Made by a program: the position numbers and the translations under genes. A stretch of 64,000 nt of DNA. Source: Leucoraja ocellata. Taxonomy: Eukaryota. How positions within the stretch are numbered: position 1 is the first letter of the stretch; every line of letters begins with the position of its first letter. The stretch spans positions 1,984,001-2,048,000 of the forward strand of contig JAWMAR010000134.1 of the NCBI GenBank assembly GCA_036785375.1, in the 5' to 3' direction. This document shows, one piece after another, positions 38,285 to 50,639 of the stretch. The notes beneath the pieces are model-generated. The model worked only from the letters and a program-made list of their open reading frames with translations, searched no databases and was not told where the DNA came from.

Positions 38285-38660
38285 GTCATAGTCATACAGA
38301 ACAGAAACAGATCTTTGGGTCCACCATGCTGACCATCAAGTATCTATCTCTCCTAATCCCACATTCCAGCACCAGGTACATGGATAACTGGTTAATCAAG
38401 TGCTTCTGCAGATGCTTCTTAAATGTATGGTATCAATCTCCCTCATTCTTTTGTATACTTCTATCTGACCCTCTCCTGGCCTCCTCCACGCCAGGGACAA
38501 CAAATCCAGCCTCTACAAATTTCTCCGTACAACTGAAACACTCTAATCCAAGCAACATTCTTGAGAATATCATCTGCACCTTCTCCACATTCTTCCTACA
38601 ATGTGGCAACCAGAAGTGTACATAATACTCCAGCTGTATAACAAATGGTTTATAAAAGTA
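38285..38660 (-). mobile_element. Degenerate CR1 3' fragment
   Basis: QLEYYVHFWLPHCRKNVEKVQMIFSRMLLGL in minus ORF. Confidence 0.7.
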
Positions 38661-40581
38661 CAAAGAAAGTGACCTGGGATGGGATTTTATCCAAGTTAGG
38701 ATATTGCTGTCCAACAAAGTCATGCTAGTGCTCCACAGAGCACTGGTTGATAACATAGCTCTTAGTACTACAGTCCATATACTCACAAGTATGTGTTTCC
38801 CTTCATTTTAAATAGAAACATCCAGTTGTGCTCTATCCTGGGATCCTGGCACTAACCTTTATCCTCATTGACACTTGCCGAGATGAATTACCCTCTAGCT
38901 CAGGGTGGAGATGCTGCCATGCAAGTAATGTGACCATTGGCACTAAGATGTGGACTTGGGAATGTACAACCATTATGGGTCATTACCAGTAATTGCCAGA
39001 AGCTGCTCCATGCGTTGGCAGAGTGCTATTGTCCAGTCCTACAATCTGGACAATAGGTCCTACAATGTGGACAATCTGATGGAACCTACTGTCTCCCTGT
39101 CCCTGCATTTGGATAAAGAGCTCTCTCTGGATTTCTCAGTGGCTTCAAGCTCAATAGCAGTTGCTAGCACCGTTATATATAAAATCCTATAATGACAGTT
39201 CATTACTGATTCCATGCACATTCTCATTCCTGACAACACATCAAGAAGTATCAGATAAACTTTAAATTCTGAAGACAAAGTAACAATGTACTATCATTAA
39301 ATGGACGTATAAAAAAGATATATTAAAAGTCTACTCCAGACCATAAATTATTCACATAACTTAAGATAGAAAAAAAAGTGAACTGTATCATAAAATCTCT
39401 ACAAAAGACAAAATACCATGCCTGAACTGAATTATTTTCAAGCATAGTGTAACAGTTTACATTCAAGTTGTCAGAGTGCCCCTCCAAAATAAACTCCATA
39501 ATGTTTCATGCAACAAAGTATTAACCAGAACAGTCAAAAGGAACACAAATTATGTGGACAGCACAAAGAATAAACATACAGATACGATTTCTGGGTTTAA
39601 AAACAACATACTGTGGCCTACATGTCCTTACATCCAGTACCTATCCAGGTTTCCCAAGAATATGGGTCAAACCTTTTACACCATGCGATTCAGCAGACAC
39701 TTGTACTTTTGCTAAATGTGTTCTCAAAGGAGTTCCTGACCCCTAATCCCATTCATATTTTGTATTACAATTATTTAAAATTCCCCAACAATACTGAATA
39801 AACTCTGATGATAAATATTAAGTCTAGAGTTCCACTCAAGTTCCTATGGGTTGCTGCCAACATCGTCAGTCCAGGGAAAACTGCGCTTCCAATTTCCAGC
39901 ACAAAAAAATGAACTGTTTCCATTTGGACCATTTTGCAGCGATTTTAACTGCAAATTTATTCATTTGCATTATGCAATGCAGACATTGTAAACATATACA
40001 TTAACTAAGTAAATTTCAAGCAACTACTGATATTTACAGGCTATCCATTCATTCAGCAAAACATTGAAGTGGTTTTAAATATCATGACTCATTAAACAAT
40101 TCTAAATAATAGGTTAAGAAACAAAATAGCAATTATTTTAATGGAATAGACACAATGAATTCTTCTTCCCAAAATCTTACATATTCGGAAGTTTACATTT
40201 TCAGGAAAAAATATGGAATACAATAAACTTCAGCATTTAATAAGAGGGAAAGACCCTTAAAATTATTTCCAATTGTCCAGTTCACACCCCAAAATGATTT
40301 AGGTCCCTGCAAACTCTAACCAAGAAGAGGAAGAGGTCTCACTAGATTGAGAAACTGTGCTTTTCAAACCAAAACACAAATTAATTTTGTACAGCTTTAG
40401 TACGATTTGGATGAATTCAGTTTTATTCATCCTCGAGTCATGTTTCATGCCCGAACAAGACATGATATATATATTTTTAATAATTAATCCAATACGGTGA
40501 CATAAAAGAAACCATGATTAGGAAATGAGCACACTCACTAGCTCAGCAGAAATTGACCACGTGTCATAGAAAACCACATAC

Positions 40582-40682
40582 CCTTTAAAAAGCCAAGGCA
40601 CAAAAAGAACACTGTTGATATCCAGTCTCTAGGTGTGCTACATGCTTGTAATAATTTTATTTTGTCATGTCCATAATTATGC
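40582..40682 (-). other. Candidate 101-nt exon (probably 5' UTR) of the minus-strand host gene
   Basis: Strong acceptor gtttgtttcttacag and donor AGG|gtatgt in repeat-free sequence; no recognisable protein. Confidence 0.35.
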
Positions 40683-41674
40683 CTGTAAGAAACAAACAAT
40701 CGCCAATATTTTACTGTCAACATGACAACAAGGCTACAGTGCTCACTGCTATTTATGTGGTGACGCCATGCTGCTTCCAGCTGAGGGGAGCCAAGCAGCT
40801 GGATGGAAAACCAAGAGTTTGCAGACCACTATAACATTCAGCTTTATGAAGCGAGCATCACATTACCTGGCTCACTACTTAAAAGCATTTATATGGGCTA
40901 ACCTTCATAAATTAGCACGTATTAATTACTTCAAATCAACTTTGTAGCACTGAAAATTAACCATCACTGCATGGATTACTAATCCATGAGGTTTTAATTA
41001 CGTATTTATTTTATTAAAGAGGCAAAAGCTGATCTTTCTTTACGTTTCTACATTTCTTCTGAATCTCTCTCAGCATTGCATTTACTCATTAATTCATACG
41101 TCTTTCTCTGTCCTTTATGCTGAAGATAGAAGTAAAATACAACACCAAGGAGGAAATATTGCTTTCGCTCAGGGCATTTCCAAAGTTCTGTTTTCCCTCT
41201 ATCCATAATTGTTATCATGCAATATTTACAGAAATTATTTTCAATTTTACCCTGAAATCTATAGTTATACTTGTAAGGAAACGTAAGCAATCATATTTGA
41301 TTTTAACCCCTCCAACTTCGTATTTTTATGAATTAACAGAAATGAAAAATACTTTAGCACTAAATTAGAAGAGGAAGAAATCCAAAAGTACACCGTCAAG
41401 AATAGAAACCTGCCAGTAAACTACCAAGTTATTCACCATATCATATTATGATTTTAAAGCACAATTAAGCAAATTTAAAAAAATGTTCACTCACAAAAAG
41501 GAGGAAACAATAAATGGGATTATTAAATATGGCAGATTATAGAACTCTTTCCAGGTTATTATCATTATTTGTCCAAAGCCACAAGCCCCAAGGACATCCA
41601 AATGTGGTATTTTCCACTGGATATTAACAGGCATCACTTTGTGAATTCAACTCCGTGCCAAGGTTATTGTAACA

Positions 41675-41790
41675 TAAGTCTGGAGAAGGGTCTCGACCCG
41701 AGACTCCACCCATACCTACTCTCCAACCCATTCCTTCACTCCAGGGGTGCTGCCTGGCCCACTGAGTTACTCCAGCATTTTATATCTACC
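41675..41790 (+). mobile_element. Short pLTR-derived element
   Basis: agtctggagaagggtctcgacccgag...ctgagttactccagcatttt. Confidence 0.7.
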
Positions 41791-44489
41791 TTATTGGAAC
41801 ATAATCTGAATGGACAAGTAAGCCTATCTTTAGCATTTCTAAGAAAAAGTAACACTTTGAAAACTATTTAAATTACTGCAAATTTTGTTGCTTTCCTGAT
41901 GCCACAAATTAATACAGTGGGATATTTGAGTTATCCCATGAATACATTTCGGAAAAGCCTCTGCTGATACAGCTTGTTGGGAACCCAGAAGAACTGATCA
42001 GACATCTGTTGATTCCGTACCCCTTTACTTCGTCCAAATGTGGTTAAGTTGCATGGAAACTCCAATAGCATTGAACATCCACTGCCCCGGGAGAAAAGCG
42101 GATTTTCAAAATAGTCTTAAACTTGAATAATTTTACCTATTTACTCCTGTGAGAGATCCTATTTCCTTTAATTCAAAAAGAGCCGAGCGACATGTAACAT
42201 TGTCTGTATTGCAATGTCAAAATATATATTCATCCATCAAAGCAACGGAACACCCATTCAGAAAACGATCAGCCAATTTTACAGATTAGCAACTGAGCTC
42301 TTGGTTTAAAGCTTTTACTCAACAAAAATGTCCATTTTACATATGAAATGATTGATTGAACCCCAGCCTTAATTACTTTATAAACAAAATAATTAATCCG
42401 ATTTCATCCAGAATTGACACCTGCCTATTTGTTCTGTTCCTTCCTCGCAAAAGGACGCATCTTCTTTAATTTCACTTGACCAACCTCTGAATATATCGCC
42501 CCTGAATCCTCCATAATGGAACAATATTTTTGCTTCACACACATGATCTGTATACCTGGAACTAAAGTGTCAGTGATGTTGTCTCCAAATCAAAAAGTTA
42601 ATACACAAATTTATAAATTCTTGGAATACTAGGCATCAGAAATTTGGCGTATGGCACCATATTTCTTTCCTCAGTACTGCACATACATTTTTTTCTGGAA
42701 TGGAACATGATTATGATAATTTCTGAGTCTAAAACTCCTAGCACATTTTGAAAATACAATCAAATATATCTGGCTGTAAACTGCGTATGAAACATGGGTT
42801 TTGAAGTAGGCCCATCATGGCAATGGGGGGGGGGGGGGGGGGGGAAGCACCCAAAATATTCAGGTTTTCTAAAGATAAAAAGGGCTGCTGATGCTGGAAT
42901 CGGGAAAAAAAAATCTGCTGGAGGAGCACAGTGGATCAAGGATCAAGGAACATCTGTGAGCAGAAAGGAAATGTCACTTTTAGTCAAAACCCTGTATCAG
43001 GACTAAGAGTGGAGAGGAAGATAGGCAGCATCTGGAGGAGAGGGAGTGTGGTCAATTTTCTGAATGCTGTTTCCCCTGCAGCCTCCCCAAGCAATGTGCT
43101 TTCAGTTACTTCAAGCCTTCCAGTCCTCCCACCCCCTCCCAATCAACTCACAACCCCTGTCAACACCATCTCCTGACACCTCACTAAACTCCCAACTCAC
43201 AGACTATATTGATAATCCCTCTCAACTCTCAAGCCTGTAAAAAAAAATTATCGGCAATATTTTACTGTCAAATCATACTAAAGCTGTATATACTTTGCCC
43301 CCGCTCCAACCCACCTCCTGCACATCACGACCCTGCAATTGCCTCTTGCTTCCAAACTTAAGCTGCCACTTTCCTTTGCATGTTCTGCAATGCATTTCTA
43401 TATGACAGCTGAATGTCTACATGACAGGTCGACGACGACATTAGTCATTGTGCAATAATCCATTCTGCAAGTTTTGCCAGTGTAAATTATCAACTGGGTA
43501 AATTATCTACCGAGATATCCAATTTATGCAATAACCATTACAACATTTTGAAAATATTGGCCAGAAATACGGCAAGTATATTTCCGCATGTGAAAATACT
43601 GCAGCTTTGAAATTATTCTATCCTCCTAATCCTAACTTCCCATGCATGCAAAAGTGAAATCCTGTACAATATGGTTGCTTTGCTTGGTAAAAGCTTGACA
43701 TTAATATATTACTTTGGAGATTTCAAAGAAATAAATCTGAATTCATGAACATGAGCAGGGAAGGTAGGATCATCAATACTCTACCCCTACTACTGCACAG
43801 CTCCAAACATTGCATACATGCAAACCTGGATTGGTTAAAGTAGTCAATCTCCCCCCCCAAATAGTACTAGCAAGCACTATTGACCAACATTCAATCTAGA
43901 GCTACAATCACTCATAGCATATCATTAAACCCACACTTCCCCGATAGACAGCACCATTCCATACACAAAGGAAAACAGACAGACTGGTCCCAGAAGAGAC
44001 TGCAACCTGTAACATTATCTCTGCTCCTCTTTCTACAGTTGTTGTCTCAGATGGTGAGAAATTCCAGCATTTTCAATTTTTAATTCAGATTTCTAGAATC
44101 TACAGTTCTTTGATTTCCACACCTGGTATCTTATCTGCTTAGGGATTGGAATCATTTAAAAAAAAAACCTGATGTGTCCTACAAGGATTCTCCCCCGCAA
44201 CTACTCAGGAAATGTATTCATTTATTTCTTCTTTATTGCTCTGCGGTGCACAGCCACTCCCTCCTCTGTCCCCGTCTCCAACCTCAATATAATAGACTGA
44301 GACCCAGCAAGTTTGATATGTTAAAAATTTGCGACATCTTATTCTAACTGACAGAGAAAAAAATGCTGTTGAGCATGGAAAATAATTTTATTTTCTATTT
44401 AATTTTTGGCGATATCCATGCAGTAAAGCAATAATTTCACGTTGTCAATGCAAATGATATCAAATTAAAAGTAGGAAATGTGTATTGAA

Positions 44490-45440
44490 AAACAAATGGC
44501 TGGAGAAAATCAAAGAATAAAGCTGCATTTGTGAGGGAAGTTTCAGTCAACTTTTCGGGTCGAGACCCTTCATCTACATTTGAAAAGTAAAGGGGAAATG
44601 GCCAGTATAAGACATGCAAGGGGTTGGGGTGGAACAAGAGCTGGCAAATGATAGTTAGATTGTGGCGAAGAAGGGTTGATTGGCTGATAAGAGTCAGGTG
44701 GAATAAAGAAGGGTGAAGACAGTGGTAGAGGTAGGGAGGTAATAAGCAGAGACAGTAAGGGGTTGCAGAAGTGGAATCTGATAAGAAACGAAGAGGTGAA
44801 CCAAATGGGAGAGTGATGGTGGGCAGATCGGAACAATGGAGGGGAGAGGATTGGGACCTTGTGGGAGTAATGTGTGGGTGATGAGCAGATAGGGTAGGGG
44901 AAGAAGCATCTACATGAGAGGACCTGGATAGATCAGAAGGACAAAGACATGAACAGCAGAGAAGCAGGTAACCTGAAGTTGGGAGAATTCAATATTCACA
45001 CCAATGGGCTGAAATCTACCCAAGCGGAATACAAGGCGCTGTTCCTTTAGCTTACGTTTGGCCTCACCTGTGGAGGAGGCCACGGACATACAGGTCAGTT
45101 TGGGAATGGGAAGAGGAATTAAAATGTCTTGCAACTGGGAGCTTCAGGTGTCTAATGTGGATGGAGCATGTCTCATCAAGGCAATCACATAGTCTGCACC
45201 TGCTCTCATTAATGCAGAGGAAGCCACATCATTACCACCAAATGCGAAAGAATAACAAGGCGTATGTAAATCTCAGTCTTACCTGGAATGGCTGCCTACG
45301 TCTCTTTTGATTCCTTTCACTTTCTACAAATCAAAGGTGTGGCTATAGACATGCATGGGCTCCAGCTACACCTGCCTCTTCATTGGTTATGTGCAACAGC
45401 CTTTATTGCAGACCTCATCTAGCATCATCCCCCAACTCTT
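44490..45440 (-). mobile_element. Degenerate Penelope-like element: endonuclease and pLTR on minus, inverted RT fragment on plus (45310-45440)
   Basis: Minus ORF KLKEQRLVFRLGRFQPIGVNIEFSQ; plus-strand MGSSYTCLFIGYVQQ matches MGPSYACLFVGYVEQ; hammerhead remnant at 44546-44575. Confidence 0.8.
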
Positions 45441-46441
45441 GAGGAGGGGGGGGGGGGAAGGGGGGGGGGGAGAGGGGGGGGGGGAGAGGGGGGGGGGGGG
45501 AGGGGGGGGGGGAAGAGGGGGGGGAGGAGAGGGGGGGGGAGGAGAGGGGGGGGGAGGAGAGGGGGGGGGAGGAGAGGGGGGGGGAGGAGAGGGGGGGGAG
45601 GAGAGGGGGGGAGGAGAGGGGGGGGGGAGAGGGGGGGGGGAGAGGGGGGGGGGAGAGGGGGGGGGGAGAGGGGGGGGAGGAGAGGGGGGGGGAGGAGAGG
45701 GGGGGGAGGAGAGGGGGGGGGGGAGAGAGGGGGGGGGGGGAGAGGGGGGGGAGGAGAGGGGGGGGAGGAGAGGGGGGGGAGGAGAGGGGGGGGGAGGAGA
45801 GGGGGGGGGAGGAGAGGGGGGGGAGGAGAGGGGGGGGGAGGAGAGGGGGGGGGAGGAGAGGGGGGGGGAGGAGGGGGGGGGAGGAGAGGGGGGGGAGGAG
45901 AGGGGGGGGAGGAGAGGGGGGGGAGGAGAGGGGGGGAGGAGAGGGGGGGAGGAGAGGGGGGGAGGAGAGGGGGGGGAGGAGAGGGGGGGGAGGAGAGGGG
46001 GGGGAGGAGAGGGGGGGGAGGAGGGGGGGGAGGAGGGGGGGGGAGGAGGGGGGGGGGAGGAGGGGGGGGGGAGGAGGGGGGGGGGAGGAGGGGGGGGGGA
46101 GGAGGGGGGGGAGGAGGGGGGGGGGAGGAGGGGGGGGGGAGGAGGGGGGGGGGAGGAGGGGGGGGGGGAGGAGGGGGGGGGGAGGAGGGGGGGGGGAGGA
46201 GGGGGGGGGGAGGAGGGGGGGGGGAGGAGGGGGGGGGAGGAGGGGGGGGGAGGAGGGGGGGGGAGGAGGGGGGGGAGGAGGGGGGGGGGAGGAGAGGGGG
46301 GGGGAGGAGAGGGGGGGGGAGGAGAGGGGGGGGGAGGAGAGGGGGGGGGAGGAGAGGGGGGGGGAGGAGAGGAGGGGGGGGAGAGGGAGGAGGGGGGGGA
46401 GAGGGAGAGGGAGGGGGGAGAGGAGAGGGGGGGTGGAGAGG
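45441..46441. repeat. ~1-kb polypurine G-rich satellite, (GGAGA/GGA + Gn)n
   Basis: Only G and A on plus from 45441 to 46433. Confidence 0.97.
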
Positions 46442-46897
46442 GCAAGAGTGCCTTTTTACTTCAACCCAAACCCAAACAACCATTTGCAGGCAGTGCTTTT
46501 TTACCTCTAACCATATTTTCATTTTCAAACCAAATTAAGGGTACTCACAATGCTGTAGACATTTGTCAGTGTCCTTCAAAGCTCTGATTGAGGCACACCA
46601 CTTGCAGAGACTGATTGAGGCACACCACTTGCAGAGACTGATTGAGGCACACCACTTCCTGGTTTTATAGTCCCTCCCCCTCCCTCCAGCGGGGGCAGCA
46701 GAGAGAATGGGGAATTTTGTAAAAACATTAATATATCTGTCATTTTTCATCGACGGGAAAAATCCTCGGCACACATGCGGCGGAGGGGGGCTCTGAGCGA
46801 GGTGGCCAAAAATGACGGCCGTAGGTGGCGGCGTTCTCTCTGAAATCGCAGCACAGAAGGCCAAAAGCGGTCAAGAACAGAGATTTAGTAATATAGA
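46442..46897 (-). mobile_element. 5' portion of a non-autonomous Helitron-like element
   Basis: Minus strand starts A|TCTATATTACTAAATCTCT, similar to the 5' end at 54354; shares attaatat...cgacgggaaaa with 54165-54210; 3' CTAG end not found. Confidence 0.55.
46584..46657. repeat. 27-bp tandem repeat, ~2.7 copies
   Basis: ctgattgaggcacaccacttgcagaga at 46584, 46611 and 46638 (partial). Confidence 0.95.
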
Positions 46898-47732
46898 TAG
46901 AAGATAGATAGGATCCGTCATTGCTCTATTCTTTCATTACACATCTTTCATCCCAACTGCAACAAAATGGAAACTGGTCAGAAACTTGTAAAAGTAATTT
47001 TAACATCTGCAAGGGTGGGGACAGGGGGAAACAGAGGGTGTGAAACAGCATTCAAAAGGAACAGGTCCTGACCTTAATTTACCATACTGTAAAAATGGGG
47101 CAATAGATAAATATAATTATTCAAACTTATTATATTCAAATAAGATGCAGATCACCGAGTTCAACCGGATAGAAAAACAAGTTTTTTTTTAAAAGGCATG
47201 TTGAAGTGCAACTGCAGCTAAATATGAAAAATCTATGAATTCCAAAACAGTTTAAAATGTCACAAGCTAGTAAATGCAAATGTGTGACATCTTCATGGCT
47301 CAGTATGTTCAAAAAACAGAAGACTAGATTGTTTATAAATAAAGTCACATTGTACAGGAAATTTATATCATTGCAACCACAGAATCTTTGAGTTTACCAA
47401 AAATTGCCAGTCTTAAAGAAAAAGTGCAGGACTATTTATTTTTCTTTCTTCATAAGAATCCAAATGAAAAGAATAAAAGTATCACCAAAGCAAAGTGACT
47501 AGGTGAGAATATTAAGTAACACCTTCGGAGAGGGCAGGGAGAACATTTTAATGATCTAATTGTTCAGTAATAAACCAGTAAACTGACATTCATATATATT
47601 CCGAAGGGGCTTGGACATGTCTTCCTACCAATTCCTTATTTGTATTGTACAGTAGAAAGAACTACAACATGCTCTACCTATATTTTAAACAGGACATTGA
47701 CCAAAGTTCTACATGAAAGCTTCCCTTAAGGG

Positions 47733-47937
47733 GTAGGAAGGAACTGTGGATGCTGGTTTAAACCGATGATAGAAACAAAATGCTGGAGTAACTCAGCAGG
47801 ACTGGCAGCATCTCTGGAATGGGTGATGTTTCAGGTCGAAACCCTTCTTCAGACAATGGTCTCGACGTCACCCATTCCTTCTCTCCAGAGATGCTGCCTG
47901 TCCTGCTGAGTTACTCCAGCATTTTGTGTCCATCTTC
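47733..47937. mobile_element. Fold-back pLTR element
   Basis: caaaatgctggagtaactcagcaggac versus gtcctgctgagttactccagcattttg perfect inverted arms; hammerhead on minus at 47823-47854. Confidence 0.85.
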
Positions 47938-48789
47938 TCTTAAGGGGGTCTGTTGTGTGGGAATGAATAGAGATATATTCCAATAAATGCAGCAACAGAG
48001 ATTCACACAAAGCATAACACTGATAATTTAGAAATTGGTCCTCAAAATTTATGTAATTTAAGCTCAAAGGTTAAATCGAGGAAAGTTGCTGTAAAAATTA
48101 AAATGATGAGTAGCTGGATGATTCCAGATGTGCACATTGTTTGGATGGCAGAGTTGGTGGGGTAAAAGAAAGGATAATGTGTAGAATGCATCCGCTTACA
48201 ATTCGAACCACTACCGTTTATAATTATAACAACTTGGATCCAGAAGCTCCATTGAAACTCGTCTAATTTGAAAATACCATATTAGATGGAATTGTGAAAT
48301 TAGAGGCAGCTCAGAACAAAATGCATGTATGTGGCCAGAAGCCTGATACCTGGAATTTATGGCAGACAACAATTTAAGGGCCTGCACATGAGGAAATGAG
48401 TGAAGCATTCAATGTTGGTACTAATCAAAATCCAAAGGTTAAATATGAAAGAGACCTAGGAGTTTGAGTAGATCTGACACAAAGTATCCAACTGGAAGCA
48501 CCATCGACAAAGGCAATAGTATCTTAAAGTAATTAACCAAACAGTAATGAAAAACAAACTAAAAAACAGGGACTTCAGTCTAGAAAGCTCTCCTGGGAAT
48601 TGCTGAGTTAATAACTTACCAAGATAAATTCCAAATGAATACTCTACATGCCATCTCAAAATACATTCTTTAATGGACTGATTACATTGATGCAAGGTTA
48701 AGAGGAGCTCACCAGGAAATCAAAGACAGAACTAGCACCATGTTGTGTAGGGAAGCAGTGAAGAACAAAGTGTTGCTATTCTTAAGATA

Positions 48790-49060
48790 CCCCTCAAGAT
48801 GTCTAAAGCACTTCAAAACCAATGAAGGACTTTTGAAGTGTGATTTACTCGCATAATGTAGGAAATATAATTACTAATAGTTAGATGATGATGAACAAAT
48901 AATTTGATTTGATGCCATTAGTTGGGGAATAAATATTGGCCCAGGCACTAGAGCCAATAGTTTCCAAAACATTGCCAAGATTGTGTATGTTCATTCAAGA
49001 AATCAGTCAAGGCCTCACTAGCATCTGAATACTGACACTTCAACAGCACAGCAATGTTGT
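48790..49060 (-). mobile_element. Deu-domain SINE remnant (AmnSINE1/SacSINE1-like)
   Basis: ccaatgaaggacttttgaagtgtg..taatgtaggaaa..ataaatattggcccagg resembles the DeuSINE core as recalled; no alignment run. Confidence 0.55.
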
Positions 49061-50639
49061 TTTAGTATCGATGACCTGGGGGTTGGGTGTTTTGGGTGTT
49101 GGGGGGGGAATCTCCCACATTGGTCACGTGCATCCACATAATTTACGCATGTATTAAGAAGTGCAAATTTAAAAAAAATAACTGTGTTAATTTATTTACT
49201 TTCTTCCCCCACCATAAATCTTTGAGAGTAGGTATTTTCCATATCTCAAATTTGTGGGTGAGGATTTATTCATTCGTTCTGGGCAAATTTCCACAACCTG
49301 AATGACACCACATTTGGGATATCATCCCAGAATTTTGGTGTTCATGTCCAGGCAGTGACATTGGACACCCAACATCTAGTTCAAAGGGCATAAGCGTCAC
49401 AGATGATTTAATCAACTCTCTCACGTAGAAAGATGTTTACCTTTATGTCTCAACCTAATTCCCCTGACATACAAGTGGTTCCCAGATTCAGGTGTCACCA
49501 AGCATACAAGGACAGCGTGAAGTGATTTCCCAACAGGATTTCCCCCACTTCCTACAGAGATTTGCTGGCCTCTACTCAATCTCTTCCTGGAAGAAACAGC
49601 ATTAGGAATTGGCGATAATGATGAAAAAAGAGGTATTATGCTACTTTATACAGGAGTGGTGCAACACACTCATTCCCCAGATACAAAGTCACTGTGCCTT
49701 CACCTATGTCAATGTCCTGCATACAAGCAACACAATACTAATTCACTGTTGAGCAGTGAATCTTCCAGCATTCAAGAATGCACTTACCAGAGATAATATT
49801 ATGAGTAGGGACACTGTACCTAGAGGTGTCTGAAAACAATACGAATATGTATTTATTATTGAGCTTTACATACGTTAAGATTTAAAACTGGGCACATAAG
49901 TTTTAGAAAGACCTGAAGAATACATTTTCTTTCAAAGAAAAGGCGACATTAACTGAAACATCACTAAAAATGGAAAGTTCACACCAATTGTTTTGATGCT
50001 CCATTGAATAGTCACAATGAGATCAATATTTGCTCCCTGAATGTACTTGGCAAAACTGAAGGATATTACTAAAGAAATCTATTATACAAAATGTATTATA
50101 CAAAAGTCACAATTCTCCCATCTATACTAAGCTAACTAACGCTGTCATGTTCCCAAGCATTGGGAACAGTTCTACGATTATTCTGCTGTCCTTATCCAGT
50201 TCCCTTTTCAACCCTCTGAACGATTCTGCTTTATCACCGCTCTAGGCACTGGATTTTATTACCTGCTCATAACCCGAGTTAAATTCTTTACATGGTCAGA
50301 AAAATCATATGAAAAACATTTATCTACTCACTCGTCGCGCCACCTGTGCCAGCAAAAGGCAAGCTAAGCTTCCCTTTGAGAGTAGACAGTGCCTCCGACG
50401 ATAAAGGCTTCAGATGAACACAGAATTTATTTGAAAGATTCCACGCAACATGTTTTTCCATCAAAGGGTTAATATCCCAAAAGTTCTCTTCCGGATGTTG
50501 TGCAGAATTAAATCAGTTTTAATTTTTCATGATCGCTTCTAAATCCTCAAAAACAAAACAACCAAGATCGCTAGCCACACCCAACTATTGTACACCTCGC
50601 CTTACAATCAACAACACCAAGAGCTGATCCAGACGTATT

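Noticed and set aside
39960-39990. Octamer/Sox-like cluster (atttgcattatgcaat...acattgt)
   Set aside because: Short motifs expected by chance in AT-rich DNA; no conservation data available
45355-46587. 410-aa Gly/Glu-rich and 352/367-aa Pro-rich ORFs
   Set aside because: Translations of the G-rich satellite, which cannot contain stop codons; the N-terminus is Penelope RT debris
46584-46657. 27-bp repeats as a possible CRISPR array
   Set aside because: Head-to-tail with no spacers, in a eukaryotic transposon context
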